Counted from the stretch's first letter, positions 1-9,847 are shown. The stretch: 64,000 nucleotides of DNA from an uncultured Armatimonadia bacterium (GCA_963749155.1 CAVVLO010000002.1:992001-1056000); one strand, 5' to 3'. Made by a program: numbers and translations. The notes: a model not told the origin generated them from the letters alone.

Positions 1-94
1 CCTGCAACCTGGTCTCTGGAGTTCTCATCACCACGGGATTATAGCACAAAGCGACCGGCTTCCCGGCCGCTCTGGCTGGTCTTTCCCTTGGTAG

Positions 95-1468
95 CTAAAG
101 GCTACGCGCCACCAGTCGGCCTGCGACGCGCACCATCCTGAATTCTGCTCCGCATACCGGGCAGGTTAACACCTGGCCCTCTTCCGGTGGCCGCTCGAGG
201 GTCATCTGATATTTGCAGACCGGACATACAACTCCGGCGTTCTCGGTTAGCAGATAGCTGCCATCGAAGAGCTGACGCAGGAAGCTGCTGGAAAGCTCCT
301 TTAGCCTTCGGCCTTCCCGGATTGCGGTCTCCAGTTTGCTCGCTTCGGTAATGTTGCCGATGAGGATAGCCCCAACGAGCACGCCCTTTTTTATGTTCAG
401 GCGTTTGTAAACCCCGGCTTCTTCGAAGAGCTCCGAGCGTTCTTCATAATCTGGTCCCGTACCGTTCGAGTCGCCGAGTATTGCCACATCGAGGTCGAAG
501 ACTCGCACCGAATAGCGCCTGCACTTGCCTCCATAGCTGATTTGCCCACCCAGCATGTTCTGGGCGGCGATTTTGCCTTCTTCGTAGGCGGGCAGCCAAC
601 CTCGGCCCATCGGCAACAATCCGCCACTGGCGTTGAGCTCGATTGTGTCGCCGGCTGCGAAAACGTCAGGATCGCTTGTCTGGAGATGCTCGTTCACTTT
701 GATTCCAGTCTCGACTTCAAGGCCTGCCTTGCGAGCAGGACCGGTGTCAGGCTGGAAGCCAACAGCGGGGAAGACAAGCTGGGTGTCAAGCTTCTCTCCC
801 TTTTTAGTGAGCACCCCTGAAAGGCCTTGATCACTGTCCATCAATCGCTGTACTTCATCGCAGGTGATCATAACGCCAGCTCGGCGAAGCGCCGCCTCGA
901 CCAGCGCAGCTGAACGCGCATCAAGCGCATGGGTGGCCAGGTGCGGGCCAGGCGTGAGTAGCCGCACATGCATTCCCGCCCTTATGAGCGCATTGATAGC
1001 CCATATGCAGGAAAGGCTTTCGCCAGCGACGACTGCCAATTCCTCAGCCTGCAGTTGCTCCTTGAGTTTCAGTGCGTCAGCAAACTCGGTCAGAGAGGCC
1101 AAATTGGACGCATAGGCGCCCGCTACCTCAAAAGGCCTAGGTTTCGCGCCAGTGCCAAGCAGCAACTTGTCATAAGGCAAAGCTTCGCCGTTTTCCAGCT
1201 TGACGAGTTTATTTTTAAGGTCTACATCGACGACATGCGAATTCATGCGATACTCAATGCCCTGATTCGCAAGCAAGTCAGAACGGCGGCTGAATAGCGC
1301 TTTCTCGGGGACGACACCCGCAACGAAATACGGGAGCATCGGACGATAATAGAAGGGATAGGCTTCCGCGGTCAGGATGATTATCGAGGCGCCAGGTGCT
1401 TCTTGCCGTAAGGTTTCGGCAGCGGTTACAGTGCTTACTCCGCCTCCAACCAGAACATAACTGGCCAT
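95..1468 (-). CDS. FAD-dependent pyridine nucleotide-disulfide-type oxidoreductase (NirB/rubredoxin-reductase-like) with C-terminal zinc-ribbon domain
   Basis: N-terminal VLVGGG, YYRPML, YDKLLLGTG, GIKVNEHLQTSDPDVFAAGD, GVLVGAILIGN; C-terminal CPVC...CPVC. Confidence 0.8.
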   Translation of the reverse strand: MASYVLVGGGVSTVTAAETLRQEAPGASIIILTAEAYPFYYRPMLPYFVAGVVPEKALFSRRSDLLANQGIEYRMNSHVVDVDLKNKLVKLENGEALPYDKLLLGTGAKPRPFEVAGAYASNLASLTEFADALKLKEQLQAEELAVVAGESLSCIWAINALIRAGMHVRLLTPGPHLATHALDARSAALVEAALRRAGVMITCDEVQRLMDSDQGLSGVLTKKGEKLDTQLVFPAVGFQPDTGPARKAGLEVETGIKVNEHLQTSDPDVFAAGDTIELNASGGLLPMGRGWLPAYEEGKIAAQNMLGGQISYGGKCRRYSVRVFDLDVAILGDSNGTGPDYEERSELFEEAGVYKRLNIKKGVLVGAILIGNITEASKLETAIREGRRLKELSSSFLRQLFDGSYLLTENAGVVCPVCKYQMTLERPPEEGQVLTCPVCGAEFRMVRVAGRLVARSL

Positions 1469-1504
1469 TGGCGCACCTCCTTGGGAGAAGTGAGATTAGA
1501 AATT

Positions 1505-1687
1505 TTAGTCCTCTATCAGAACAATCGCAGCGGCAGGACAGTTCTCCACACATTGGCCGCATTCGATACAATCCTCAGGTCGCTCTACCCAGCCTTTGTC
1601 GTCTTTGAGTTCAAAGACCTCAACTGGACACACCTCGACACAGGCGCCTGCCCCTGTGCATTTGTTGTGATCAATGACTGGATGCAT
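1505..1687 (-). CDS. 60-aa dicluster ferredoxin, probably 3Fe-4S/4Fe-4S
   Basis: CTGAGACVEVCP and CIECGQCVENCP motifs; AGGAGG RBS upstream. Confidence 0.9.
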   Translation of the reverse strand: MHPVIDHNKCTGAGACVEVCPVEVFELKDDKGWVERPEDCIECGQCVENCPAAAIVLIED

Positions 1688-1850
1688 TGCTTTTCCTCCT
1701 GGCTGGTGGCTAGTTTCTACCTGCTCTCTATAACCATTTTACTCGCGCCAGCGCTTCTCCTGCCTCTTCTAGCCCAGATACAGCCTGAAAAAAACGATCC
1801 GGCCCCCAAAAGGCCGGATCGAATCCTGTTGAAACTCGTTTGAAAGGGGC

Positions 1851-2885
1851 CTATAGCCACTCCACCACCAGGCCTGGCTGGGGCTCAAGAGGCACGAGTT
1901 CGCCTCCAGCTTCTTCCACAAGGCGAGTCGCGAGGGCTTCTGGCGTCTCATGCAGCAGGATGATGGTGCCCCCCTGGCCGGCGCCGGCAAGCTTGGCGCC
2001 CCAGGCGCCTTCAGCCAAAGCCAGATTGATATAGTGTTCGTTGATTTCGCCCGAACCGCCCAGCCCTCGCTGAAGGGCGTGATTCTCGTTCATCAACTTG
2101 CCCAATCCTGCCCAGTCGCCTAGCAACAGTGCTTTCTTGCCAAGTCTTGCCAGGCGCGTTATCTCCCGGTAACTCTCGACAACCTCGGCCTCACCAGTCT
2201 CCCAGCGCTCCCTGATTGGCTTGTGCACCGAGGTAGAATCGTGCCTGACCCCGGTGTGGACAACTGCGAATTTGGAGAGATCCACCTTGCCTTCGAGAGG
2301 CTCGACAGTGGCGAAAGGTTCAGTCTCATCCTGACGTTGCCACTCTTTGCCAGCGAAATCGATGAAATTCACCCCGCCGAAGCAAGCCATATACTGGTCC
2401 TGGTAGCCACAGGTCTGGCCCATTATCTGGTGTTCGATTATGCGCACCGCCTCGGCGCTCTCGTGCAGTCCAGGGGACGCCCCGAACCAGGCTGCCAGGG
2501 CGCCCAGGATTGCCGTCGTAATCGCAGTTGAGCCGGCAAGCCCAGCCTGCATCGGGATGTCGGTATCCGCGGTGAGGGTGAAGCCTTGAGCCGGCCATTG
2601 ATAACCGCGCGCAAGGAAATACCGAAACGCCGCGCGCGCGACATCGGCCGGCGTGCGTTCTGGAAGGCCTCGCTGGGGCCCGAGCGCCAATTCTTCCGGC
2701 CCTGCCAGTGCTACTTCTTCCTCCGCCAGCTTTAGCTGAATCAGGCCTTCGCCAGGTGTAATCTCGCAGAAGCTGCGATGCCCTATGGTGCAAGCCAGCA
2801 TTGCGCCGCCATAACCATCAGTTGGATTACCGACGATGCCAGCTCTGCCAGGAGCACTGGCTCTGATACGTCTGACCTGGGTCAT
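1851..2885 (-). CDS. GHMP-family sugar kinase (glucuronokinase/HddA-like)
   Basis: SAPGRAGIVGNPTDGYGG, PMQAGLAGS, GYQDQY, GAKLAGAGQGG; start set to ATG 2885, which overlaps the upstream stop (ATGA). Confidence 0.8.
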   Translation of the reverse strand: MTQVRRIRASAPGRAGIVGNPTDGYGGAMLACTIGHRSFCEITPGEGLIQLKLAEEEVALAGPEELALGPQRGLPERTPADVARAAFRYFLARGYQWPAQGFTLTADTDIPMQAGLAGSTAITTAILGALAAWFGASPGLHESAEAVRIIEHQIMGQTCGYQDQYMACFGGVNFIDFAGKEWQRQDETEPFATVEPLEGKVDLSKFAVVHTGVRHDSTSVHKPIRERWETGEAEVVESYREITRLARLGKKALLLGDWAGLGKLMNENHALQRGLGGSGEINEHYINLALAEGAWGAKLAGAGQGGTIILLHETPEALATRLVEEAGGELVPLEPQPGLVVEWL

Positions 2886-3796
2886 CCCTGACCCTCCAGC
2901 CGCTCGAGCAGCCCCTTGGTGAAACTGCACAGGCCGGCGCCGAGTTCTTCATCTGACAGCGCAAGCTCTATGAAAGCTTTGAAATAACTGTCGTGCGAGC
3001 CGATGTCAAAACGCTTCTCACCAGGCTCGAGTAATACGCCGTAGACAGGCAAGCCTTCCTGCAGCAGCAGCTTGAGCGCATCGGTAAGCTGCAATTCGCC
3101 GCCGACGCCGGGCTTGATTTCCTGGATAGCTTCGAAGATACGCGGGCTCAGCACATAGCGCGATGCGATGGCCAGGTTGGAGGGCGCCTCTTCGGCTCGC
3201 GGCTTCTCCACCAGGTCGACGAGTTCAACGACTGGCCCCTCGGTGTCGCGCGCCCGTACGATGCCATAACGCTGGACCAGCTCACGCGGGACAGGCTGCA
3301 GGGCGATAGTGGCGGCGGCCTCGCGTTCAAGATGCGTCTTCAAAAGCCGGTTTACCAGAGAGTCTTCTCCGCTGCCCGTCCTGTAAATGACATCTCCAAG
3401 CGCCACGATGAAGTTATCGTCATCTACGAAAGGTTGCGCCAGGGCGATTGCGCCCGCCAGACCTGTCTGCACAGGCTGCCGCACGTAGAAAAGACGCATC
3501 TCGCGCTCTTCATAACCTGACACGTCAAAAGGCGCGTTGCGTAAATCCATCCCCTTGCGGTGGTTTATATCTGTCAGCGGGATGCTGCGATCGAAGTGAT
3601 CCTCGATGGCACGCTTGTGCTGGCCTGTGATGATGAGCGTATTATCAATGCCGGCATTCTTCAGCTCTTCGATTACATACTGGATGACCGGCTTGCGACC
3701 GACGGGGAGCATCTCCTTGGGCTGGGCGCGAGTCGCAGGCAGCAGTCGAGTACCGAGTCCAGCGGCCGGTATGACCGCCTTAACCTTTATGTCCAT
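2882..3796 (-). CDS. galU: UTP--glucose-1-phosphate uridylyltransferase-like nucleotidyltransferase
   Basis: KAVIPAAGLGTRLLPATRAQPKEMLPV, LVEKP, GGELQLTDAL, RFDIG. Confidence 0.8.
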   Translation of the reverse strand: MDIKVKAVIPAAGLGTRLLPATRAQPKEMLPVGRKPVIQYVIEELKNAGIDNTLIITGQHKRAIEDHFDRSIPLTDINHRKGMDLRNAPFDVSGYEEREMRLFYVRQPVQTGLAGAIALAQPFVDDDNFIVALGDVIYRTGSGEDSLVNRLLKTHLEREAAATIALQPVPRELVQRYGIVRARDTEGPVVELVDLVEKPRAEEAPSNLAIASRYVLSPRIFEAIQEIKPGVGGELQLTDALKLLLQEGLPVYGVLLEPGEKRFDIGSHDSYFKAFIELALSDEELGAGLCSFTKGLLERLEGQG

Positions 3797-3868
3797 TAGA
3801 TTACCGCCCTTATCGGGTTGGTTTTGACGCCAATATGAGATGTTGGGAGAAGATTACCACAACAGAGA

Positions 3869-4972
3869 CTAGAGAGAACCTTCTCCTTTGAAGCTGACGA
3901 GATCAAGTCGACGATCAATCGAGGCGACATAAAACTGACCTGAACCAAGGAAACCTGCGGCAAAAGGCCTGGAACCAGTCAGGCCTTGCTTTAGCTCTCG
4001 ACCAGTCGCAGTATCAAGCAAGGTGAGCCTGCCCAAAGGACAAGCCAGTAAGGCTCTCTTTCCCTCGGGTGAAACCGCCACATTGCAGGAACGTCCGAGC
4101 GGCGATTCCCAGAGCACCTGGCCACCGGCCGCGATTGCGAGCATGCGAGTACCACAGACCGCCAGCACCGAGCCTGCCGCCGGTACGAGTTGGCCAGTAA
4201 CTCCCGGCACTCCCGCCAGTGGGGCAAGCGGCTCGCCTGGCACCTGCCAGAGTGAAAGCGCTCCATCCGAATCTGTCACGAAAGCGGTATCGCCAAGGAC
4301 TGCAAGTTGCCCAACCGAGCCAGCCGCCACCGGAGCGCTGAGAACAGGCTGCAAGGTCTCTGGGTCATACGCGACGAGGCCAATCCTTTCACAGCCAACC
4401 AGCACCCGCCCCTGCCAGAGCACAGGGCCACAGGTAGCCGCGGCGGGTAGACGAGTCTCAGCCAGCGACTCGCCAGAGCCTGGAGAGAGCGCCAGAAGGC
4501 GCGTTTCGGAGAGCACGAACAGGGCCTTCTCGGTGATGGCAATGTCGCCGGTTATATTTTCTGCGAGCTGACTTACCCACAAGACTTTCCCTTCATTGTA
4601 ACCAAGGCGATATACCGAGCCCTCCTGAGTGGCAAGCAAAAAACTGTCAGGTAGCGCGATGGGCGCCCCGGGAGCAAGCCCTCTAAGCACTCGCAGCACC
4701 TCGGGTTGTTGACTGCCGCCTCTTAGCAGAAGCACTTCGCCCGCTGTTGTAGCCAGCACGGCGTCCTGCCCAATATGGGCAGCGGGTTCAGTTACCAATC
4801 CCAGCAGACCAAAAGTGGCGTCAATTTCGAGGTGTCTTTCGGCCCGCCAATGCCGCCAGGAGAGGCTCCCAACCACTAAAAAGAGCCCAGCAAAAAGCAA
4901 CACCGCTCTGGCAAGTGACAGCGGTCGCCTGGCTGATTCTTTCACTGTCTTTCTACGTCTTGTTTCAAACAT
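3869..4972 (-). CDS. membrane-anchored PQQ-like beta-propeller protein (BamB-like repeats)
   Basis: N-terminal TM helix; repeats such as GSVYRLGYNEGKVLW, LLALSPGSGE, LTLLDTATGREL. Confidence 0.6.
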   Translation of the reverse strand: MFETRRRKTVKESARRPLSLARAVLLFAGLFLVVGSLSWRHWRAERHLEIDATFGLLGLVTEPAAHIGQDAVLATTAGEVLLLRGGSQQPEVLRVLRGLAPGAPIALPDSFLLATQEGSVYRLGYNEGKVLWVSQLAENITGDIAITEKALFVLSETRLLALSPGSGESLAETRLPAAATCGPVLWQGRVLVGCERIGLVAYDPETLQPVLSAPVAAGSVGQLAVLGDTAFVTDSDGALSLWQVPGEPLAPLAGVPGVTGQLVPAAGSVLAVCGTRMLAIAAGGQVLWESPLGRSCNVAVSPEGKRALLACPLGRLTLLDTATGRELKQGLTGSRPFAAGFLGSGQFYVASIDRRLDLVSFKGEGSL

Positions 4973-4973
4973 A

Positions 4974-4998
4974 AGGATTTAGTAGAGCATCCTCGAAT
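4974..4998 (+). promoter_or_regulatory. SigH-like promoter AGGA-N17-GAAT
   Basis: AGGA 4974-4977 and GAAT 4995-4998, 40 nt upstream of the 5039 start. Confidence 0.4.
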
Positions 4999-5038
4999 AT
5001 ATCAATGCTATACTTCCCATAAAGGGGGGAATTACTGG

Positions 5039-5335
5039 ATGATTCTACCAATGTTTCAGATGTTCCTTGAAGGCCCGGCAAACGCTGCGACTTATATGTT
5101 GCTTGCTATGGCGCTGCTGGCCTTGGCGCTAGTGCTCTGGGCTTCAATAGACTGCGCTCAACGCAGTTTCAAGAATTCGCTTGAGAAGCCTGTCTGGCTG
5201 CTTGTAATCCTGGCTGGATTGCCTCCACTCGGCTCTATCGTCTATCTGGCCGTCAAGCACAGCGAATTTGCCCAGGAGCCTGTCTCAGAGTTTACTCCCG
5301 AACCGCCCAGCGGGGTAGACCCCGGTGAGAAGTGA
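5039..5335 (+). CDS. small membrane protein, PLDc N-terminal domain-like
   Basis: LWASIDC...KPVWLLVIL...PLGSIVYL pattern with two TM helices. Confidence 0.65.
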   Translation: MILPMFQMFLEGPANAATYMLLAMALLALALVLWASIDCAQRSFKNSLEKPVWLLVILAGLPPLGSIVYLAVKHSEFAQEPVSEFTPEPPSGVDPGEK

Positions 5336-6173
5336 ACTAGTAACCAGGGGAGCCAGTGGCCTTGTGGTCATCGCCCTGTTACTTGGTTGCGTGCTGGCAG
5401 GCCCTTTTGGCCTGTTGGTGCTTGCTCTGCTGGTTAGCCTGGGCGGTGCCTTCGAGTTTATGCGAACTGGCGCTGCCCTTGGCGCAAAACCAGTAGTCGA
5501 ATTGCTTCTGCTGGCCGGTATCGGGCTGCCTGTGGCTGCCTGGTATTTTGGCAACGACCCACTGATTTTTTTTGCGCTGGCTGGGGCGCTCATCTGGCTT
5601 GCCACTATGCTGACTGGCGCCATCTTGCTGGCTCAGGAGCCAAATCGACAAACTGCCACCCGACTGGCCTTCGGACCCCTCTTCATTGTCTGGGTGCCTT
5701 TTGGGATAGCCCATCTACAGCTCTTGTATACAGCGGCATCCCAAACCTCGCCTCTGGCCTCAGGTGCCGATCCGGCCCTTAAAACTATCGTCCTTTTACT
5801 GTTGGCCTTATGGGTGAGTGATTCCTTTGCCTACCTTTTCGGCTCCAAGTTCGGCAAACGCAAGCTTATCCCGCATATAAGTCCGCACAAAAGCTGGTTC
5901 GGCCTGTTTGCCGGGATGCTGGGTGCGATGGCTGTTGCTGCCGCGGGAACTTACGGGCTGGGTGGCAATCTGAACACCGGGTTGATATTCGGCGCGCTTG
6001 TGGCAGTGCTGGCACCCCTTGGCGACCTCTTCAAGTCACTGCTCAAACGCAGCTTCGGGGTAAAAGATTTCGGTAGCCTTATCCCTGGCCATGGCGGTCT
6101 GCTGGACCGGTTTGATGTGGTCCTCTTCGTTGCGCCAGCCATCTACTGGCTGCTCTTCAATCCGCTTGGCTAG
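5325..6173 (+). CDS. cdsA: phosphatidate cytidylyltransferase
   Basis: SDSFAYLFG, ISPHKSW, GDLFKSLLKRSFGVKDFGSLIPGHGGLLDRFD signature. Confidence 0.95.
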   Translation: MRSELVTRGASGLVVIALLLGCVLAGPFGLLVLALLVSLGGAFEFMRTGAALGAKPVVELLLLAGIGLPVAAWYFGNDPLIFFALAGALIWLATMLTGAILLAQEPNRQTATRLAFGPLFIVWVPFGIAHLQLLYTAASQTSPLASGADPALKTIVLLLLALWVSDSFAYLFGSKFGKRKLIPHISPHKSWFGLFAGMLGAMAVAAAGTYGLGGNLNTGLIFGALVAVLAPLGDLFKSLLKRSFGVKDFGSLIPGHGGLLDRFDVVLFVAPAIYWLLFNPLG

Positions 6174-6829
6174 AGCCTCATCTGGTCCATAAGCTGCTGG
6201 CGGTATTGCTCCGAGCCCATACCTAGTATCTCGTCACATTCAGTCTGGCTAATGAAGCGCGGCTTGCCAATGCTTAGAGCGGCAATCTGGATACGCGCAC
6301 CTTCCTCCAGCACCTCGGTGCGGAGTAGCGCCTCCCTGAAATTGCGCCCCACTGTCAGTGCGCCGTGGTTGGTCATCGTGACACCAGGATGGTCTCCAAG
6401 CAGCTCTACCGTGCGATCCGCCAGGGCTTTGGTAGTCGGAGGCTGGTACTCCAGATTGGGCACGCTGGCACCCAGATAGACCACGAAGTCTGGGAACATG
6501 GCCGAGACAGCCGTCCCGCAGCTTACAAGCGCTATCGTCAGAGGCGGATGGGTATGCACAATAGCGTTTACGTCTGGCCGCTGGCGCAGGATGTAAAGGT
6601 GCATCAACACCTCCGAGGTCGGCCTGCGCGAGCCTTGCACTACTTCTCCAGAGGCCAAATCAACGCCAACCAGGTCTTCTTCGGTCAGGTCTTCAAAGGC
6701 CAGTCCACTGGGCGTGACCCACATTAGCTCCCCGTCGCGGGCGCTCAGATTACCGCCAGGCCCCACAACGAGTTTCTTGTTTACTACCTCGAGTCCGCAA
6801 CGCAGTAGCTCTTCTTTTATGCCAGCCAT
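6170..6829 (-). CDS. class II aldolase/adducin family protein (FucA-like)
   Basis: GGNLSAR, TPSG, PTSEVLMH, VHTHP, NHG; start set at ATG 6829. Confidence 0.9.
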   Translation of the reverse strand: MAGIKEELLRCGLEVVNKKLVVGPGGNLSARDGELMWVTPSGLAFEDLTEEDLVGVDLASGEVVQGSRRPTSEVLMHLYILRQRPDVNAIVHTHPPLTIALVSCGTAVSAMFPDFVVYLGASVPNLEYQPPTTKALADRTVELLGDHPGVTMTNHGALTVGRNFREALLRTEVLEEGARIQIAALSIGKPRFISQTECDEILGMGSEQYRQQLMDQMRL

Positions 6830-6845
6830 CAGAAGGTCTCCTCTA

Positions 6846-8234
6846 TCACTCTTCGAAAGCGCGTACTTTCTCAAGGGCTTTCTCGCCAAGCGCTCCGAGT
6901 CCACCAAGGAAGCTCGAAGCGAACTCGTCTAGTGAGGCCCAGTCAGTTGCTTCAAATCTGAGGGTCAGCGCAGGCTCGGTGACAGAGGCCCTTATCAGCG
7001 CCCAACCCTTGGCGAAATAGGCTTTCACGCCGTCCAGCAGTTCTACTCGCGCCCCAAGAGATTCTGCCTGCGACCTGGCCAGCGCCATAAGCGCCGCTTT
7101 GTCGCCAGAGTATTTCAAGCGGAACTCAGGTGTAGTGCAATATTCGGGTACTTCGGCCAGCAACTGATCGAAAGGAAGACCCACCTCGGCTACCAGAGAG
7201 GCTACCAGCAGCGCCGAGAACAGGCCATCATCGCCGCCATCCAGCTCCCGGTAGAAAAGATGCCCGCTGTATTCTCCACCGAACACTGCGCCCTTCTGCA
7301 GCATCGTTGTCTTTATAAAAGTGTGACCACTGCGCTCAGGGACCGGCTGGCCGCCATACTTTAGGATGGATTCCTCGACCGCGCGCGACAGCTTCAGGTC
7401 GAACACCACGGGAGAGGGGCCTTCGCGTTTAAGCAACTCTCCGGCAAGCCAGGCAATCAACCTGTCCGAAGTCACGCGCCGGCCTTTGGCATCCACAAAT
7501 CCAACCCTGTCGCCATCACCATCGAAGGCCGCGCCCAGGTCAGCCTTGCGCGCGGGCACCTCACGTTCGAGTTCGGCCAGGTCGCCCGGTTTCGAGATAT
7601 CAGGTGAACGGCTCGAGAAAGTGCCATCGGGTTTTTCGCCCAGGACGTCAGCAGTCAGCCCTAGACGTTTCAACACCAGGGGAAGCGCCCAGCCTGTAGC
7701 GCCTCCTCCGCAATCGAAAATCAACCTGGGGGCTTTCTCCGCAAGGCCTTTGAACCGGTCAGCGAGCCAGTCAACGTATTCTTCCTTGATGTCTACGCGT
7801 CTCAGCACCCCCTCGCCAGGGGCAAAGCCCCCCTCAACCAGACGTTCTTTCAGCCGGTCCAGTTCGTCAGGGCTGATGGGAAGGTCGCCAAAGATGGGCT
7901 TGAAGCCGTTGTGATTGGGCGGATTGTGGGAAGCGGTCACCATTACGCCCGCTCGGATGTCGAGGTGACGCCTGGCAAAGTAATAACCGGGCGTGGATAA
8001 CTGCCCCACGTCCACTACCTCGCAGCCTGAGGCCATCAGGCCGTCTACCAGCGCTCCTTTAAGCTCTGGGGTCGAAAGGCGGAAATCTCCCCCGACCAGT
8101 ACCTGGCCATCAGGGGCTTCCTCCGCCATTGCCAACCCGAGCCTGTAAGCTAGCTCGGGGGTGATGCTCTCTCCAATAACGCCGCGGACATCGCAGTCCT
8201 TGAACCCATCTAAAGGTATCCGCGCCGGTGACAC
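6846..8234 (-). CDS. phosphomannomutase/phosphoglucomutase-family phosphohexomutase
   Basis: DVRG, TASHNP, FDGDGDR, GGEYSGH, RASVTEP. Confidence 0.92.
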   Translation of the reverse strand: MSPARIPLDGFKDCDVRGVIGESITPELAYRLGLAMAEEAPDGQVLVGGDFRLSTPELKGALVDGLMASGCEVVDVGQLSTPGYYFARRHLDIRAGVMVTASHNPPNHNGFKPIFGDLPISPDELDRLKERLVEGGFAPGEGVLRRVDIKEEYVDWLADRFKGLAEKAPRLIFDCGGGATGWALPLVLKRLGLTADVLGEKPDGTFSSRSPDISKPGDLAELEREVPARKADLGAAFDGDGDRVGFVDAKGRRVTSDRLIAWLAGELLKREGPSPVVFDLKLSRAVEESILKYGGQPVPERSGHTFIKTTMLQKGAVFGGEYSGHLFYRELDGGDDGLFSALLVASLVAEVGLPFDQLLAEVPEYCTTPEFRLKYSGDKAALMALARSQAESLGARVELLDGVKAYFAKGWALIRASVTEPALTLRFEATDWASLDEFASSFLGGLGALGEKALEKVRAFEE

Positions 8235-9652
8235 TCGGCTTTCAACTCCTCAAGTCTATGAGTAAAAAAATCTTGCAGTTTATTATACGGCTCAAAAGAG
8301 CCTTCCAGCCTAACCATTGCGCGCTGAGCTGCGCTGACTGATCCGGAGTGCCAGGCCCAACCCGCCGCAAGCAGGGCAACGCCCATCGCGGCTTCTGCTT
8401 CTTCGGTGCGCAACAAGGTCCTGCCCAGGGCTGTCGCCATCGCGCGCCCGAGGGTCAGGCCTTTGCCTCCGCCGCCGGACAGATAGAAATCTCCGTCCAC
8501 ATCGGCGCCCGCTACGTTGGCTTCTTCAACTGACCAGGCTGTAACTAGCGCCAGGCCAAGCAGATAACCTGCATACAGGTCAGCCTCATCTGCTGGCTTT
8601 CCGAGTACGAATCCCTCCGCGGTGCCGCTCACAAAGGGCATCCTTTCTCCCTGCCGGACAAGGGGATAAACAAGTGGCGCGCTTTCCAGTCGAGTCTGGG
8701 CGGCGGTGTCAAGCTCTGCCAGCCGGGCGACATCAAAGGTCTTCGTCAGCGCCTCTCCCCCACAGTTGCTGGCCCCGCCCGGCAGCCACCAGCCTTCTGG
8801 ATGCCTGTGACAATAGAGCCTGCCCTGCGGGTCGCGGACCAGTTCACGCGACACGCCCCGGATGGCGATAGTACTGCCCAGGGTGAGATTCCAGTCGCCG
8901 ACCGCGCTTGCCCTCGAAGCCAGGAAGGAGGCCGTCCCATCACTTGCTCCCGCGATAACAGGGGTGCCCTGTTTTAGTCCTGTGCGAGCCGCAGCAGCCT
9001 TTGATACTTCTCCGACCTGCTCACCTGGCCGTACGATGCGCGGAAGTTTTTCATGAGAGATACCCAGTTTGCTTTCTATAAAATCAGGCCACTGGCCAGT
9101 AATCAAATCCACGCCTGATTTGAGCGCATTGGAGGTATCTGTCACATTGAAATCACCAGTGAGCTGGCCAACGAGCCAGTCTGCCGGGTGGAGGAACTTC
9201 GCAGTCCTGGCAAGCAGCTCTGGCTGCTCCTTTGCAATCCAGGCAAGTTTTACCAGCGCGAAAGCGGGCGGGAAGGCATAACCAAGTCGATCACAGAAGT
9301 CGCCAGCAGCCTCGTTCACCGCCGCTTCCAGCCCCTTGGCGCGGTTATCGTTATACATCAGCGCCGGATGAAGTGGGGCGCCAACGACATCAACAGGGAC
9401 GAAAGTGCCCGAGGTAGAATCCACCGATATGGCCGCAACAGGCTGGCCCGCAAGGTCGCTGGAAAGCTTCGTCAGGCACTCGGCACCCGCAAGCCACCAT
9501 TCGGCCGCGTCCTGTTCGGCAAGGCCCGGTGCCGGCACATAGGGCGGGTGGGCAAAAGCCACCTGATGGCGTGCGACCAGATGCCCGTCAGCATCGAAAG
9601 CCATCGCCCGAGCTCCGCTTGTGCCCACGTCCAGTCCGATGACTACGCTCAC
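8210..9652 (-). CDS. FGGY-family carbohydrate kinase (D-ribulokinase/XK1-like subgroup)
   Basis: IGLDVGTSG, DSTSGT, MYNDNRA, TDTSNALKSG, PGGASNCGG. Confidence 0.88.
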   Translation of the reverse strand: MSVVIGLDVGTSGARAMAFDADGHLVARHQVAFAHPPYVPAPGLAEQDAAEWWLAGAECLTKLSSDLAGQPVAAISVDSTSGTFVPVDVVGAPLHPALMYNDNRAKGLEAAVNEAAGDFCDRLGYAFPPAFALVKLAWIAKEQPELLARTAKFLHPADWLVGQLTGDFNVTDTSNALKSGVDLITGQWPDFIESKLGISHEKLPRIVRPGEQVGEVSKAAAARTGLKQGTPVIAGASDGTASFLASRASAVGDWNLTLGSTIAIRGVSRELVRDPQGRLYCHRHPEGWWLPGGASNCGGEALTKTFDVARLAELDTAAQTRLESAPLVYPLVRQGERMPFVSGTAEGFVLGKPADEADLYAGYLLGLALVTAWSVEEANVAGADVDGDFYLSGGGGKGLTLGRAMATALGRTLLRTEEAEAAMGVALLAAGWAWHSGSVSAAQRAMVRLEGSFEPYNKLQDFFTHRLEELKAECHRRGYL

Positions 9653-9719
9653 AAGAGTGCTTCCTCCGCGCCTCTCTCCAAGGCAACCGAGACTCCAGGT
9701 GCAAACTAGTTATGACGGC

Positions 9720-9822
9720 AGGAAACTCTCCTTTTAAGGAGAATCGCAATCAGGACTTGGGCTCGCGCCTTTGTCTCACCTGCTTCAAGAGAATCAGATT
9801 CGTCTGGCAAAGAAGTTTTCCT
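9720..9822. promoter_or_regulatory. pair of opposed SigH-like promoters (AGGA-N17-GAAT), one on each strand
   Basis: + strand AGGA 9720-9723 / GAAT 9741-9744; - strand AGGA 9822-9819 / GAAT 9801-9798; both preceded by GGC. Confidence 0.5.
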
Positions 9823-9847
9823 GCCAGAGTTACCGTGGAGGAGAAGC

